A stretch of 64,000 bases of DNA from Mobula birostris (lineage: Eukaryota): NCBI RefSeq assembly GCF_030028105.1, contig NC_092379.1:27893821-27957820 (forward strand). Direction: 5' to 3'. The notes under the pieces are model-generated. The model ran no database searches. It saw only the letters and a program-made list of their open reading frames with translations, and was not told where the DNA came from. Below are positions 63,161 to 64,000 of this stretch, in pieces. Numbering within the stretch: position 1 is the stretch's first letter; every line of letters starts with the position of its first letter. A program made the translations under genes and the position numbers.

Positions 63161-64000
63161 GATATTTAACTATTGATGTCACTTATGCAGTTATTGAGTT
63201 GCTTATTAATAATTATGTGATAATTATTTACGTATGTATTATTTTTTCAAACGTCTAGGTACCTTTGATTATAAAACCATAAAATGTAGGCCACAATTTA
63301 TAATTCATACACACTCCCTTTTGGACGTCTGGAAAAAGGAAAACAAAACGAATCAGCTTCTACTTTGTAGATGAAAGCCACATGATTGCCTTAACAGTTT
63401 AATCAGAATTAACTTGAAGGCATTTTCCAGCTGATCGATACATTTTGCAATTAAAAAAAAACAACTTAAAAAGTGCAGAGTAAAAAAAAAAATAAAAGTA
63501 AATGAAATAATTCATTCTAAACCGAGGAAAAATAAGCACTTCCTGATTGAGTTGAATTCGGTATGAGATATCTTATTTCATGTGTAACGCTGCCATTTAC
63601 TGATACAAACTTTCTTTTTTCTGCTTGTTCTTGGTCATCGCTAAAAACAGATGAAGGAAGACTGGCAGTCTTTAACTTCATCCAAATATTAATCATGTTT
63701 TCCTGATTTTGTGATTTCCTGAGATAGAATGCTTTGTAAAAACAGAACATTAAATAGTCGCAACGCACACATTGTTTCCCTCATAAGCTCTTTATTTTTC
63801 ATTTTCGAGATCTGTCTGAGTATATCCCCTGCCTGAGAGGACATCTGACACCCATGTCGTAATATTGCGCCAACATCGTCCTTCGGTACAAGAGGGAAAA
63901 CAACAAATATTACTAAGAAAACATTCTTAAAAATCCTGCCAATATTATTTTAAGTTCGGTATATTACCTAATCCTCCGTTTTCCTGCAGGGCTCTTTAAC

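Noticed and set aside
63517-63768. Minus-strand ORF ending LIPNSTQSGSAYFSSV, loosely V-like
   Set aside because: No conserved Cys, Trp or YxC, no RSS after it and no cassette promoter; probably chance.

Overview
Vertebrate genomic DNA, most likely a cartilaginous fish (probably a ray or skate, inferred from the repeat families). The window is part of an antigen-receptor V-gene array. It holds four tandem, same-strand T-cell-receptor V segments of TCR alpha/delta type. V2 (15344-15874) and V3 (28367-28884) have an intact leader, intron, V exon and 23/22-spacer RSS. V1 (5814-6348) has an open frame but a broken RSS. V4 (~39298-39815) is a decayed pseudogene that the ORF track does not show. No D, J or C segment was found. 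Each V sits in a duplicated ~9.5-13 kb cassette. The cassettes are heavily invaded by retroelements: eight CR1 copies, two L1 copies (one full-length with a 17-bp TSD and two nested CR1s), Rex1-like LINEs, Penelope-like elements including hairpin mini-elements with TSDs, a solo LTR, a Gypsy remnant and SINEs. Best novel lead: a CTCF-like motif (TCGAYAGAGGGCGA) lies 24 nt downstream of the RSS nonamer in V1-V3 (one core base changed in V1) and is preserved even beside the decayed V4. This is the arrangement of RSS-adjacent CTCF elements known from mammalian Igh. A head-to-head heptamer pair resembling a signal joint (51730-51745) is a weaker lead. There is one 243-N assembly gap. All alignments were done by eye, and repeat boundaries are approximate unless TSDs are given.
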